This document shows positions 13,501-24,747 of a DNA stretch of 64,000 bases, piece after piece. Numbering within the stretch: position 1 is the stretch's first letter; each line of letters opens with the position of its first letter. The notes below the pieces were generated by a model. The model was not told the DNA's origin and ran no database searches. It saw nothing but the letters and a program-made list of their open reading frames with translations. A program made the position numbers and the translations under genes. The stretch comes from Macrostomum lignano. Its lineage: Eukaryota. The stretch is from NCBI GenBank assembly GCA_002269645.1, contig NIVC01001270.1, forward strand, positions 1 to 64,000, read 5' to 3'.

Positions 13501-14816
13501 TTTTTCAAAGCGTTGGCCAGAGCGTCAGCATCCTGGAAGTGCTGCCCGTTTGCCTTGACAATCTGCCACACAGGCACTGTGTCACTGCTGCCGTCAATCA
13601 CTGCCCAAGTGCTGCTGTCTTGCACAAGACCTTCGCACCACTTGGACACCGAGCTCGCACCTGGAGCTCCTCCGAACATTTGACTTTTGAGCTGTACATT
13701 CGAACTCTGTTTCTCTCTCTTGTCCGCAGTATTATCTTCCGATGAGCTCGCAACACCTGCATCTGAAGGTTCACCCTTGATAAATAAATTTCCACCTTTA
13801 ACAGCAGTAGCTAAAGCTTTGCTCACGCTATTCTTAATCATTTCCAGATTAGAACTGGATTGGTACAGCGCATGAGCAGTTGTGATGTGCACTCCACCAA
13901 AGTGAATCATTCCAGCAATTGCATGACTGCCGTACTGATCGAAGAAGTTCGTTGCCTCCTCAGTGACATCTGACTTGCATGTCATCATGGCTTCGATGTT
14001 CTGCAGCTCCTCAATAGCCCTGCCAGAAAGATGCAGATTGCTGCACTCCAGCAGACACGCAGCAGTTGGCACCGTGTGCACTGTGCACTTTGCATACACA
14101 GACTCAGAGTTCTGCTGCATTGATTGTTTGCGTTCGCCTGACCGGAAGTCTGCTTTAGCAGAAGCAGCGAGTTCAATAGTCGAAAGCATCCCAGTCACGC
14201 TGAATGAACCCTGAATACTTAAAGAAAACACGTCAGCCGAGAATTTGTTAAGACTCTCACTGCTAAAAAACTCAAAAGTCGATTCGCCAGCTGGCAACGC
14301 GCAAGATGGCTGCACTAATTTCACGCCGGTTGCGGGTTCGAGCAGCCGAGTCGAGCTGCATTGCTTCCAGACTCCTCCTTCAAGCTTCATCCCTTTTTGG
14401 AGATGTTCACCCGATGCGTTTGAAACCACAGCATTCGCATCCACCGTGCACACTGGCTGCGGTGACCCCTCTTTCGTAGTCCAGAGGCTTGCAATACCTT
14501 TCTTAATATCCTCTTCAGATAATGCTTGTGTTTTGCACATCTGAGTGAGCTCACTCGGTACTTCTGGCGCCTCGGCTGGAATTTCTGGTAGTTTCAAATC
14601 CTGTTGTTCGAATTTCTTGTTCTTTCTCCGCTTTTCAATTTCTTTCATTTTTTCTTCTACCTCTAGTCTTTTATTTTGTAGTTCTAATTTCTGTAGCTCC
14701 TCTTTCTGTTCTTCCAATGTCTTCGCCTCGAGCTTCTCATCATTCACATTTTGGCTTCTGCTGCCTTCGGGTGGTTCACTCGGTTTAGAACCCTCTGATC
14801 CACTAAGAGACTCCAT
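7510..14816 (-). CDS. GVIN1: Very large inducible GTPase (VLIG/GVIN1/URGCP family) with N-terminal MACPF-like domain; four -1 frameshifts (probable assembly errors; pseudogene not excluded)
   Basis: ORFs 14816-11841, 11871-8887, 8890-8384, 8387-7500 and 7911-7510 are consecutive overlapping segments. Family motifs: ISFVRLG...SKS, DG.IELAW, NLRGD, P-loop GLQSSGKST (10485-10459), GRCTKGAF, IDSEGLRS, HDNELAT, GCPEQCPLC..PC, YWKW. The ATG is preceded by an in-frame TAG and a 3' splice site (AG at 14853-14852). Adding four bases gives 2436 aa, the size expected for the family. Confidence 0.88.
13542..14384 (-). other. MACPF-like domain within the VLIG N-terminus (aa ~145-425)
   Basis: Signature-like FFDQYGSHAIAGMIHFGG (YGSH-x-GG at 13934-13893), a preceding alternating amphipathic segment, and a downstream FGG...W...L...W.VID...VPVW. 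Confidence 0.7.
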
Positions 14817-15132
14817 TAGTTGCTAATAGCATCCAAGTTCGATTAAGATACCTGTAAATTACAACGGGAAAAATTAAATCTCTCCGAGGAACTCAGGAGA
14901 AGCAATCAACTGATAATTTATTCGCCAGGAATAGCTCAAGCCTAAAGACAATCAGGCACTAAGATCTTTGAGCATATATGACCTAGGGTTGTAGCTCCAC
15001 CCCCTCGCGTGTTTGCAACCCCAGCCGGCACCCACCCTCCTCCTCGTGGGGGTTGAGGCCGGGGGTTTTTATGCCGTGCTTTGGAGCAGTTGCCTCGCTG
15101 CCTTGGTTGAGAATTTTTTGGACTGCTGAGTC

Positions 15133-16170
15133 ATGTCACACAGTCCTATGACTGTATACGAGCTGCGCACCGAGGCCTACATACTGCTGGAAACAAACAC
15201 ACCTTGCAAAAGAGACTCCGACAGGCGGAGGCACAAGACTCAGCAGGAGCCCAATCAGCATCGATCTCTGGACTCATTGACCATTGTGACAGAAGCGATC
15301 ATCCAAGGAGGCAGGAGCTCAGCGAAATGTCTTTAGACGACAGGAGGGCGGCAGGAGAGACCCATGGGATTGGCGACCTGGACCGGGAGCTGCTGGAAGC
15401 GGAGAAGCTGCGCCTGCTGACGATTCGCCGAGATCAAGCGCGCATGGAGGCTGAGATCCAGCAGCTGGGCGGCAGAGTTGTGAGCCGCCGCGGCGACCAC
15501 CGAATGTTGTGGTGCCCGGTGAGTACTCATGCTTTGAGTATTTGGTGTTAGGAGTGGGACCCACAGCTGGAGGCCAAATGAGGTGCAGCTGCCAGGACAG
15601 CAGCATCCGAGCACGTATCGGGTGCTAGACTTCATCAGCACTCGGAAGCGGCTGTCGCTGAACAAATCGAGCCAGGCGGGGAAGCAGTTCATTCTGGATA
15701 GTCTGTCTGTTGGTGAGTGGATTACCGGGAATGCGAATGCACTGATGCAGATGCTGAAGGACGGCAGGCTTCTGGTTCTCAGAGACAGCACCATCGACAT
15801 GTCTGAGTTGCTCGAGTACCTGAAGCACACAGCCAAGATCGGCGACCTCCTCGACCTCGGTTTCGACCGCGGTCGCGTGTTGCGCTATGACGACGAGTTC
15901 AGAGTGCAGCAGACGGGTTACGGCGCCTGGGACAGCTCGGTGACCGACCTCGGATTGGTAGCAGCGCACCTGATGGCACCGGGTCTGCAGCGGCAGGCTG
16001 GTGCTGCGGCAAAGCCAGCACTGAAGCGAACGGTCTGCTTCGACTACAACAGACTGTCCGGCTGACATCGCAATCCGTGCCGATTCACGCACTGTTGTTT
16101 GCGCTGCGGCCAGGCGCACTCGGAGGCCACCTTCCACGGATCGGAGGGTGGCCCGGCGGCAAAAAACTGA
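15133..16170 (+). mobile_element. DIRS/Ngaro-like gag ORF remnant (disrupted)
   Basis: W....A...LL.YL..TA.I.......VLRYDDEFR....W followed by the Cys/His knuckle CFDYNRLSG*HRNPCRFTHCCLRCGQAH, typical of tyrosine-recombinase retrotransposon gag. In-frame TGA at 16063-16065 and a frameshift upstream. Confidence 0.65.
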
Positions 16171-16230
16171 TGGACGGGGTTCGGCGGCAGGGGGTCTCTT
16201 AACACCGAGTCGCCCGCCCCTGCTGCTAAG

Positions 16231-17035
16231 TTGTTAATACAATTTGAGACAGTGAAAGGTCAAATCGCTGAGTATGCACCAAATGTGCCCATTGATGATA
16301 AAAATCTGACAGCCAATCAAGTTCAGTGTGTCAAAGATCTGCTGTATCAGTGCCGGGATGTGTTCTCGAAAGGTCCAAACGACCTGGGCTGCACTTCACT
16401 CCTTGACCACAAAATTGACACCGGGTCGGCGAAACCCATTAGAGTGCCTCCTCGTCGATTGTCACCGCTGAACCAGCGAGCTGTGTCAGAGATGGTCGAG
16501 CAGATGGTGCGAGACGACATCGTAGAGCCTTCGAATTCTCCGTGGTCGAGTCCAGTCATTATGGTGAAGAAGGACAGCAGTTTGCGCTTTGTGAACGACT
16601 TCAGACTGCTCAACTTCTGAAGTCATCCACTGCTTCACACCAGCGATCTGATCGATGCTCTCGCAGGATCCACAACGCTCGACTTCACTAGCGGATACAC
16701 CCAGGTGATGCTGGACTCAGAGAGTCACGCAAAAACAGCATTTCATGCGCCACAGGGATTATTCCAGTACAAGAGACTACCGCAAGGTGTGTGCAATGGT
16801 CCTGCCACGTTTTAAAGACTGATGAAACTCGTTCTGAAGGGCCTACGTTGGGAAGTGTGCCTGTCATTTCTTGACGACGTTGTCATCTTTTTAAAAGGAG
16901 TCGAGGAGCATCTGTGGCGTCTTGAGCTTGTTTTGCAGAAATTCAGAACCGCTAACCTGAAGTTGAAGCAACCAAGTGCTACTTGTGCTATCAGGAGATC
17001 TCATTTCTTGGCTTTCGAATCTCAAAAGATGGCGT
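16231..17035 (+). mobile_element. Ty3/Gypsy reverse transcriptase fragment (pseudogenised)
   Basis: HKIDTGSAKPI..PPRRLSP, IVEPSNSPWSSPV.MVKK, DFRLLN, LDFTSGY.QV, KTAF, LPQG..NGPATF, FLDD. Contains stops and frameshifts and is truncated before RNase H. Confidence 0.9.
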
Positions 17036-17754
17036 TTTAGAGAGGACGAAATAGACTTCTTCAAGTTTATGTTAATAAATTAGTTGCAGTTTTGACAGGA
17101 TCATAATTTTGTCTTTATAGAGATTTTTTATGGTGCTGATTTCAAATATGAGCTTCATTTTTGGTAGCTTCAACCCAACTATATGTAGCTTACGAGTTCG
17201 TAAAACCAACCACCGAGGCATGGGGAATGGGGATGGGGAGATTCTTTATGGGGATTGATTTTATCAACATAAAGAGGTATGAAGACCTATTCAAGATGGT
17301 GTTGATAAAGTACGGACTCACGGGGAGGGGTGGACCCTAGTAAAAGGTCAATGACCAAATACCAGGGCATGGGAAATGGGATAAGAGTTTTTGAGCGTCT
17401 TGACGACAATCTGCATTATTTATGTTGTTAAGGCTTTCCTTCAGCCGAGCCATGAACCGGACTTCACGTCTCTCCTTCTCACTATCCAAGCGCTTGGCCT
17501 CCTCGGATCTTTCTTTCTTCGATGATTGTTCGTCAACATTTTGAAGGCTTTTCAGTAGATTGGCTTTCTCGTCTTCAGAGATGGTCGAGATGGCAATGGC
17601 TGCGCTTGCTGACTCTTTTGAATTTATACTTTTTTTATTAAGTTAAGAATTTTGCTTGACTGTTTAGCCTCGGAATCCATGGTTCATAGCTTGGCACAAG
17701 AATTGGAGCGAGGTGAGGCGAGGTCAGATTGGTTATGCATATATCTTTGGTTTC

Positions 17755-17950
17755 TCTCTCTCTGTCTGGCAAATCCACGGAATTGCCGTGGAAATATTGT
17801 GAATTAACCGTCTGAATACGGAACTTCTCTCTGCTAGGCAAACCCATGGAATTGCCGTGGAAATATCGTGAATTACCGCCTGAATATGGAAGTTCTCTCT
17901 GCTAGGCAAACCCATGGAATTGCCGTGGAAATATCGTGAATTAACCGTCC
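17755..17950. repeat. Tandem repeat, about 69-bp unit x3
   Basis: ctctctgctaggcaaacccatggaattgccgtggaaatatcgtgaattaaccg... repeated. Confidence 0.85.
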
Positions 17951-20532
17951 AAAAATCCTTCGGAATGAGGAAGCGAGGCAAGCGTAGAAAAGCACGCGTG
18001 GAATACATGGCATGCATTGAACCATAGTTGGAAAGAAAAGAAAGGCTTGCTGCCGCTGCGTAGAAAAGCACGTTGTGGTTGCATGGAGAGAAATTTGCAT
18101 TTCAGTGAATTTTAGTCAACGAGAACGCATAGGCACAATGCAAGGTAATGAATGATTTGAGCGGGGTAGGGTTTGCGCTCAAGCAGTTTCTCTCTGTGCC
18201 GTTGTTAGGCACCATCACACCCCAAGCATTTGCTGTGAGTCTTCTGTATCAAACATTAACAGGCTGCTTGGCTTGGCCCTCAAACCTCAGTTTCGTTATT
18301 GTCCTTTGGTCATTGAGGTCGGCTAGTCTAGAACTGGTCTGTCTGGATAGCTGTGGCGACGGTTGAATACTAGAGGGGTGAAGGTAGGAAGAAGACAAAG
18401 GAGTGGAAATAACAGGTTGTGCGGGAGACAATTTGGAGCTCATGCCTTCGGGTATCGGTTTTGGAATGAGGGGTGGCGAAGGCCGGCCGCTTCTGCGTAC
18501 AAGGGCTAATACATTTAGATGGGCATTGAATTTGTATTGGTCCACCTCACCTCCAAAATCAACCCCTATATGGGTCCTAAGTACTTCAAGTAGTATTTTG
18601 GTTACTCAAAACAAGTCTCAAAAGCATTTTGGTGGTAAGTTAGAAGAAATCGATTACAACAAATAGTACAAAGCTCACCCCGGCCGTCGTTCCGTAAAGC
18701 AGCCCGACGGGCGGATCCGCAACCTGGAAACCAGACGATTTGAGAGGCAGTGAGCCGAAGGTTTGTTAAAACACGAACTATTACGGCAAAAGAGTACTCA
18801 TACGAGTATAACTGTCATCTGTCATAACAGTCATATTATGAACAGCTCGACTTTTACTGCTCAATAAAGTAAAAATGAAAGCATTTAGTCTCTGCCCGAA
18901 ATCAAACGAAAGTTTTTGCCTATTTTTTCTAGGAGGGTCACATTGGTCTGCTAAGAGTTATTTAAGAGATAAAAACCAAATGGCAACTCTTACAGCCGGT
19001 AATATAAAATGTGAAAACCAACTTTATATCTTCGCACAAAATCTTAGCAAGTCAACAAATCCCATGAATTTTAAATGAATAAGGCTGCGTGCGTAAGACA
19101 TGGAATTTAAATAAGATTTACAATAGAAATACTCTGCATGAATATTACCTTAGATGTGTCGTTCAACGGTAGGTTTGTCGATTGGCACAAATAAACTTAG
19201 CTACAGCTGGTTTACGAGTACTGCCGAGTTGGGCTTAAGAGACAGCTTACAGTTTTTTAAGAGAAGGGACTAGCCTCTCTCAGTGGTACCCTCCTATATA
19301 TAAGCTTTAGTTGTCAAAGCGTTGATCGACAATTTTCCTACATCTGCAGGTGTAGATAGAAAATTCCTGGAAAAATTCAGGGTTGAAGAAGAGCGTACAA
19401 GGTACAAGTTGGGGTAGATAATTTCACAGCATCGATGCACAACACGCGCGTCATGGTTACAAAAGTACATCGGTTTATGCGACGCGAGCACTTTCTATCA
19501 CAAACATCGTACAAACTGGGCTGTAGTGCACGCATGAGGTGGGTTGTTTTTCTAACAGCACGCACATTTACTGAATAATGACGCGAACTGGTAAAAGTAA
19601 AGCGAAGGTCCTGCAGTGGTAGCGCTGGGCTAGAAGAACAAATAAATTAGCATTGACTATCGACTTCTAGCAACAAGTCTAAACTAATGCTAGTAAAGAC
19701 AGTTGCCACTAGTGCATCATAAAGAACACGCTAATCTTGTTGAGAGGGGGCGATTCGAGAGAAATGAAAACACATTCTGCAAATTTGCGAAAGCGAGTCG
19801 GAAGCGTAGGCAGCACGTCATGGCAGATGGAGGTAAGCAGCTCTGGTGTGGCTGGCGGCCTGAACAATTGGACCAGTCAAGCAGCTCCTAGAGACGGAGT
19901 TCTCCCTATGAATACGGCTGACAGAAAGCCTCGTCATTCACCATGGTGATTTGTTCCAATGCTTGAATAAAGATTTCAGAATTATAAAGGCAATATCGCC
20001 GGTAGTTGTCAAGTGCATCAGCAAACGTAAGTAAACTGTGCAAGGCCAAAGCAAATCGAATGGGATCTGCTGGAGACTGTATGACAGACTGTGGGAAAGT
20101 ATGCTTTTGATGTTTGCTGATCGGCACTGGCGAGACTGGACCGGGTGCTGACTGGATCTGCCAGAACCACATTATGTGGTCAGATTTGAATACTATTTAA
20201 AAAGTACGGCGCGTATTGGTGTGCTGTTGGACCTGGACCGTGATAAAAGCTGGGTGATGGGCTTCGATGACGATTGCTGAGCGAGCCAGATGGGAGTCTC
20301 ACAGATCTTATGGTGTCGCAAAGTTAAGGTGCGAGTGGTTCTAATCAGCCCACAAACGCAGCCTGTTAGTGTACGAGCGTACTTTGCAAACTACAACAGG
20401 ACTAGTGAAAGTAATCCTCAAACTAAAAACGTGACGCGATTATTGTGCGGTAGTTTCCATTGTTTCTGGCAGCACAATTGAATTCCACGATTTGACCGGC
20501 GATTCATTGCAGATGAGGACGAACAAATGGAC

Positions 20533-20647
20533 GGGCCCGTTCTATAAAGCCATCGTAAGATAAGATCGATCTTAGCTCCTATCTTCGCAGTGTAAAAGTT
20601 CCGACGTACGATCGAACTTACGCTACGACAGCTTTATAGTACGACCC
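20533..20647. mobile_element. Possible small MITE with imperfect ~35-bp terminal inverted repeats
   Basis: Left gggcccgttctataaagccatcgtaagataagatcgatc resembles the reverse complement of the right end (gggtcgtactataaagctgtcgtagcgtaagttcgatc). No clear TSD. Confidence 0.45.
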
Positions 20648-20780
20648 TGAAGTCTTTCGTCTTAAATAAATGAATAAATGGGACAATATTTTTTCTGATT
20701 GAGACGAAACAAGTTTCTTTGACAGAGACGAATAAATATACCGCTGTTCAATGCTTTGCACACTGGTGACCAGGACATTT

Positions 20781-20942
20781 AAGCACTCAAAACCAAGTAA
20801 CTCGATATAAATATATAAAAGCGTGCATTCAACGCAAAAAGCGCGCTTAATAGCTCGTGATCGCATATTGGCTAGATTCATTTAATGCACGAGTAATATG
20901 TGATTACAAACAATACTACGCAATACTTGGTTTTGAGTGCTT
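20781..20942. repeat. Perfect 19-bp inverted repeat pair (MITE-like)
   Basis: AAGCACTCAAAACCAAGTA at 20781-20799 and TACTTGGTTTTGAGTGCTT at 20924-20942. Confidence 0.7.
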
Positions 20943-21572
20943 CCAAGTATTGAATCCTATATTTAATCAATTTTGCCACTTTGCTTTATCTCATATACCT
21001 CGAAGTACGTAACCTTATATACTAACCTATGTATATCATAACCTCAGCTGCATGAGTTGAAATAAACTTCACAAGAATGAAAAAGTTTAAAACAATTATT
21101 AAGAGCTTGAAACATGACTTCATCAAAACCAACGAAACTCTGAAGCTGAAGATGCGAATTCAACCCGGGCAAATAAATTTTCATCATTTGACCACATAGA
21201 CTTATTAAAAAGCTTTTTTAACAAGGTTACTGTCACTGTCAGCAATTATAAAAAGCTCAATGACAGCAGCTTTGACAGATTTAGCAACCAATTCAAAGTC
21301 TGGCAAATCTTATTTCTCAACATGCCGAAGGTCTCGACGGTACGTCAGTTTGAAGATGAACGTGAACCCTATTAGATAAAATAAGAATCCAATATTAGTT
21401 GAACTTGTCTTCGGAAAAAATGACTTGAAACAGACAGGATTTTGTCTAGCTGAACTAAGCGAATGGATTATCGAAATGAGAAAGGAGAAACTTAGTCCCA
21501 AATCCATGCCTTACTCGATTAGAAGCAAGATCTAAGTGGAAGACTGAACCACCACTAAATTAGGAATTAGTA

Positions 21573-22546
21573 CACCATTTTACCTCCTATTTTGAACAAA
21601 GTCTTGTTCAAAAGAAACAAGCAGAACTTCAATTCAAACACTTTAAGAAATATCAGCCCTTGCGGAAATTCAAATCAAACAAAGTCCTTTTCTATTGAAA
21701 CGGAAGAACTTCAATTCAGACTGTCTGTGGCCAAAATTGTCCCCGAATGCAGATTTGAAATTCAAAAGAAACAAAGTCACATTCTATTTCGACAAAGGGA
21801 TAAAACACAACATATCGACGAACATAAGAGTAAAATGAAAAACAGGAACCAGACAGTGTCAGTTGGCCAACTTAAGACACCTGACCATCAATTGCCAGTT
21901 CTCTCTTCAGAGCGGCCTTCCACATGACTAAAAAATGAACTGTATGGTGGAAGCCGCCTGACCTGAATGGTGTCCGGAATCTCGTAGGCTGCTTTTCCGC
22001 TCTCCCTGACCTCACAATCGTGTACACTGTTGACCTCTTGACTCCAAGTTGGCGCGCCAGTTCCACAAAGTAATCCCCACGATCAGCAGCCCTGATGATA
22101 CGGTCTCTGTCACTGTTGCTTAAACAATAGCGCACTGCCGAGGCTGTTGTTCCATGATATCTTCATCGAATTCTGCTTCAAATTCATCGATTCCATCTTC
22201 TTCCAGCAATTCATCGTCTTCTTCAATCTTATCTTCAGCATTCATATCGTTTCTTATTGCGCAACGATTGTATAGTTATGCAGTACAGGAAAAACAAGAA
22301 GTTAGATTAATGTACTAAAATGTACTCGTATCTAAATGTATGTGCAAAAATATCTGTCGAAATAGAGTGTGACTTTGTTTCTTTTGAATTTCAAATCTGC
22401 GCATGCGCGTCACTCGGGGACAACTTTGGCCACAGACAGTCTGAATTGAAGTTCTTCTGTTTTAATAGAAAGGGACTTTGTTTGAATGGAAATTCTGCTT
22501 GCTTCTTTTGAACAAGACTTTGTTCAAAATAGGAGGTAAAATGGTG
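21573..22546 (-). mobile_element. Internally deleted Tc1/mariner (IS630-Tc1) element with ~200-bp TIRs and TA target duplication
   Basis: TA|CACCATTTTACCTCCTATTTTGAACAAAG ... CTTTGTTCAAAATAGGAGGTAAAATGGTG|TA. The minus strand carries an acidic N-terminus (ATG 22245), an HTH (ELARQLGVKRSTVYTIVR) and the C-terminal LPPYSSF / WKAALKRELA; the catalytic core is deleted. Confidence 0.9.
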
Positions 22547-24747
22547 TAGACGGTGCGGGAATCAAATAAATCTGTGACAGCAGACAAGCCTTACAAATTA
22601 AAATTAACATAAACGGGCCTAATTAATAAAGTATTTATCTAACCACTAGCCTATTTTAACAAATATGTAGTTACGAAAATTAATACACACAGTTAATAAT
22701 ATCAAAACTGAAATAAACAATTTTTATATATTGACATATTCAATCCCTTAGCGGGCAAAACTCGCTGTATTTTTTAAAGAATAAACGTGTTTATTAGTCA
22801 GTTTTAAAAAGGTATAAAACTATGGCTTGACAGAGACAAAATATAGCAAAGCTGGTGCAGTGTTTAAACACATTAAAATTATGATTATGATTTAGCGCTT
22901 AATTTAAATCAGGATTGAAAACCCTGAATTGATCAGGATTATCAGATTTGATATAATGGGGTCATTCGCGTAGAAAATTGAAGCGGAAAAATCATTCGGT
23001 CATTGAAATCACAAATCAATTACTGGCAGGCAATCAATGAAAGTTGCTCGTACAAATCGTATACGCATACAATGCTCACTCAAGCATGTACCATGTAAGT
23101 GCAATGCACTAAGCATGTACACACAATGAGCGTAGCATGTACTCAGCAACATTGAAAAGTCGGCACTCTATGCGCCAGTGAGCAATTTCTCTTGGACTAT
23201 TCTGAAACAAAAGATACGAAAAACCGATCGGGGTAGCTTTAATCCGTCCAACACTCGCACAGCGCTCCCCCACTTCATTCCGAGTGACGCTAAGTTACGC
23301 AAAGATTGAGAGACTTTATTACCTGCAATCTCAAAAGTGGCGTCCACAGACGGAATCTTTCGTGATGGCGACTTTTCGATGTTGCTGAGTATACGTAACA
23401 TCTAGACACAATGTACACGTTAAATGTGTACAGTTACTACAGTAATTGGCCAGAATAATCAGAGCTGTATAAATATAGTAATTATATCAATGTTTAAAGA
23501 AAGCAATAATGGATAATTTGTTTTTAGCACAGTCAGCCTATGAAAAATTGGTTAATAATGTCGGATTAGAGTCGATTAAAGATTTAATGGAGGTAAAATT
23601 GGAAGCTAGGGAGAAAAGATGGGTTAAATAATTAGCTTCCAATAAAAAAATCACGGGCTCACAGTGCAGCATATTGGAATGGATTTCACAATGCGGAGCC
23701 GCTGTAAAAGCTACCGCATTAGGCAGAAAAGAGCACGCTATTAGTAGGTTAAATAACCAGCATTAATTATTGGCTTTTGTGCATGCTGAGCTGTCGACGA
23801 CTCGGCACTGCGCTGTCTATTTTATTTGGTCAACTCCACCAAATTCACGCTTTTGGTGTCTTTCTATCTCCCCTATTATCGTGCCCGCGCGATAAACTGA
23901 AGTTTATTACTCAAATATCGATTTTTTAATACTGTGTTCCGACCCACTCACACACCCCTAATTTTGTTTAATCTCTTATCTTATCTCCTCTAGAACGAAT
24001 TGTCTTTCAAAGTTATTGGGCGATTCACACCCATGATACACACCCAAAGAAGTGAGTGTACATACATTCCCTGTGAGAGCGTGTGTACAGTGTACATGTA
24101 CTCGTAGCAGCACAATAAGCACAACCAGGCAGATGGAACGCAACAATCTAAGGGCTAGACAAAGCGAAGGTCAATATAATGATATATATTATTGTATCTA
24201 ATTATGTAAATAGATTTTCTATAACAACAGTAATAATAAAGGAAGACATTTTGTAGACTCATCGATACATATTAATTCACTCTATGAAAACATAGAAAAA
24301 TATGGTTAAAGTTGTACAATTAGCCTAAGGACAGACAGACAGAAATTAAAGAATAATATAAAAAAAACAAGTAAAGCTGGTACTTTCATTTTTACTGAAC
24401 AAAATAAACTGCAAACACAAATACTACTGTAATAATAATGGATTACTAATAATGGAAATAGTGCTAATGTTACTTATAAGTAAATATGAAAAAAATTAAT
24501 ATCGATCAGATTTAAATCAATCCATATTGATCCCGTCGTAGTGTGTTGGCTGTTGGAGACGCAAGAGAATCAACGGTACAATGTTCAAGAAATTGAATTC
24601 TTTGTTAGTTTAGTTTGAACTTAATGTCCGCTGCATGTATGACATCCCCATATCTCTATAGCTGTAATTTCCTATTGAATCAAATATAACTGAGTTACTA
24701 CAGTATGATTGGGAGTTAGAAACACCGGCCAGACGCGGGGAGCAGAG

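Noticed and set aside
7510-14816. Programmed ribosomal frameshifting in the VLIG gene
   Set aside because: No X XXY YYZ slippery heptamers are evident at the junctions. Four sequential recoding events are far less likely than homopolymer consensus errors.
9115-14826. Plus-strand ORFs overlapping the VLIG gene; similar antisense ORFs over the GC-rich exons elsewhere
   Set aside because: They are antisense shadows of coding sequence with no recognisable motifs.
16063-16065. In-frame TGA at a Cys position (selenocysteine?)
   Set aside because: It lies in a decayed retroelement gag with other lesions, so a point mutation from TGC/TGT is sufficient.
17340-17615. ATG-less, charged ~90-codon open frame on the minus strand, plus coding-like patches at 18250-18650, 19300-20480 and 23170-23400
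   Set aside because: I could not assign a family or splice model. They are probably transposon debris and would need a tBLASTx or HMM search.
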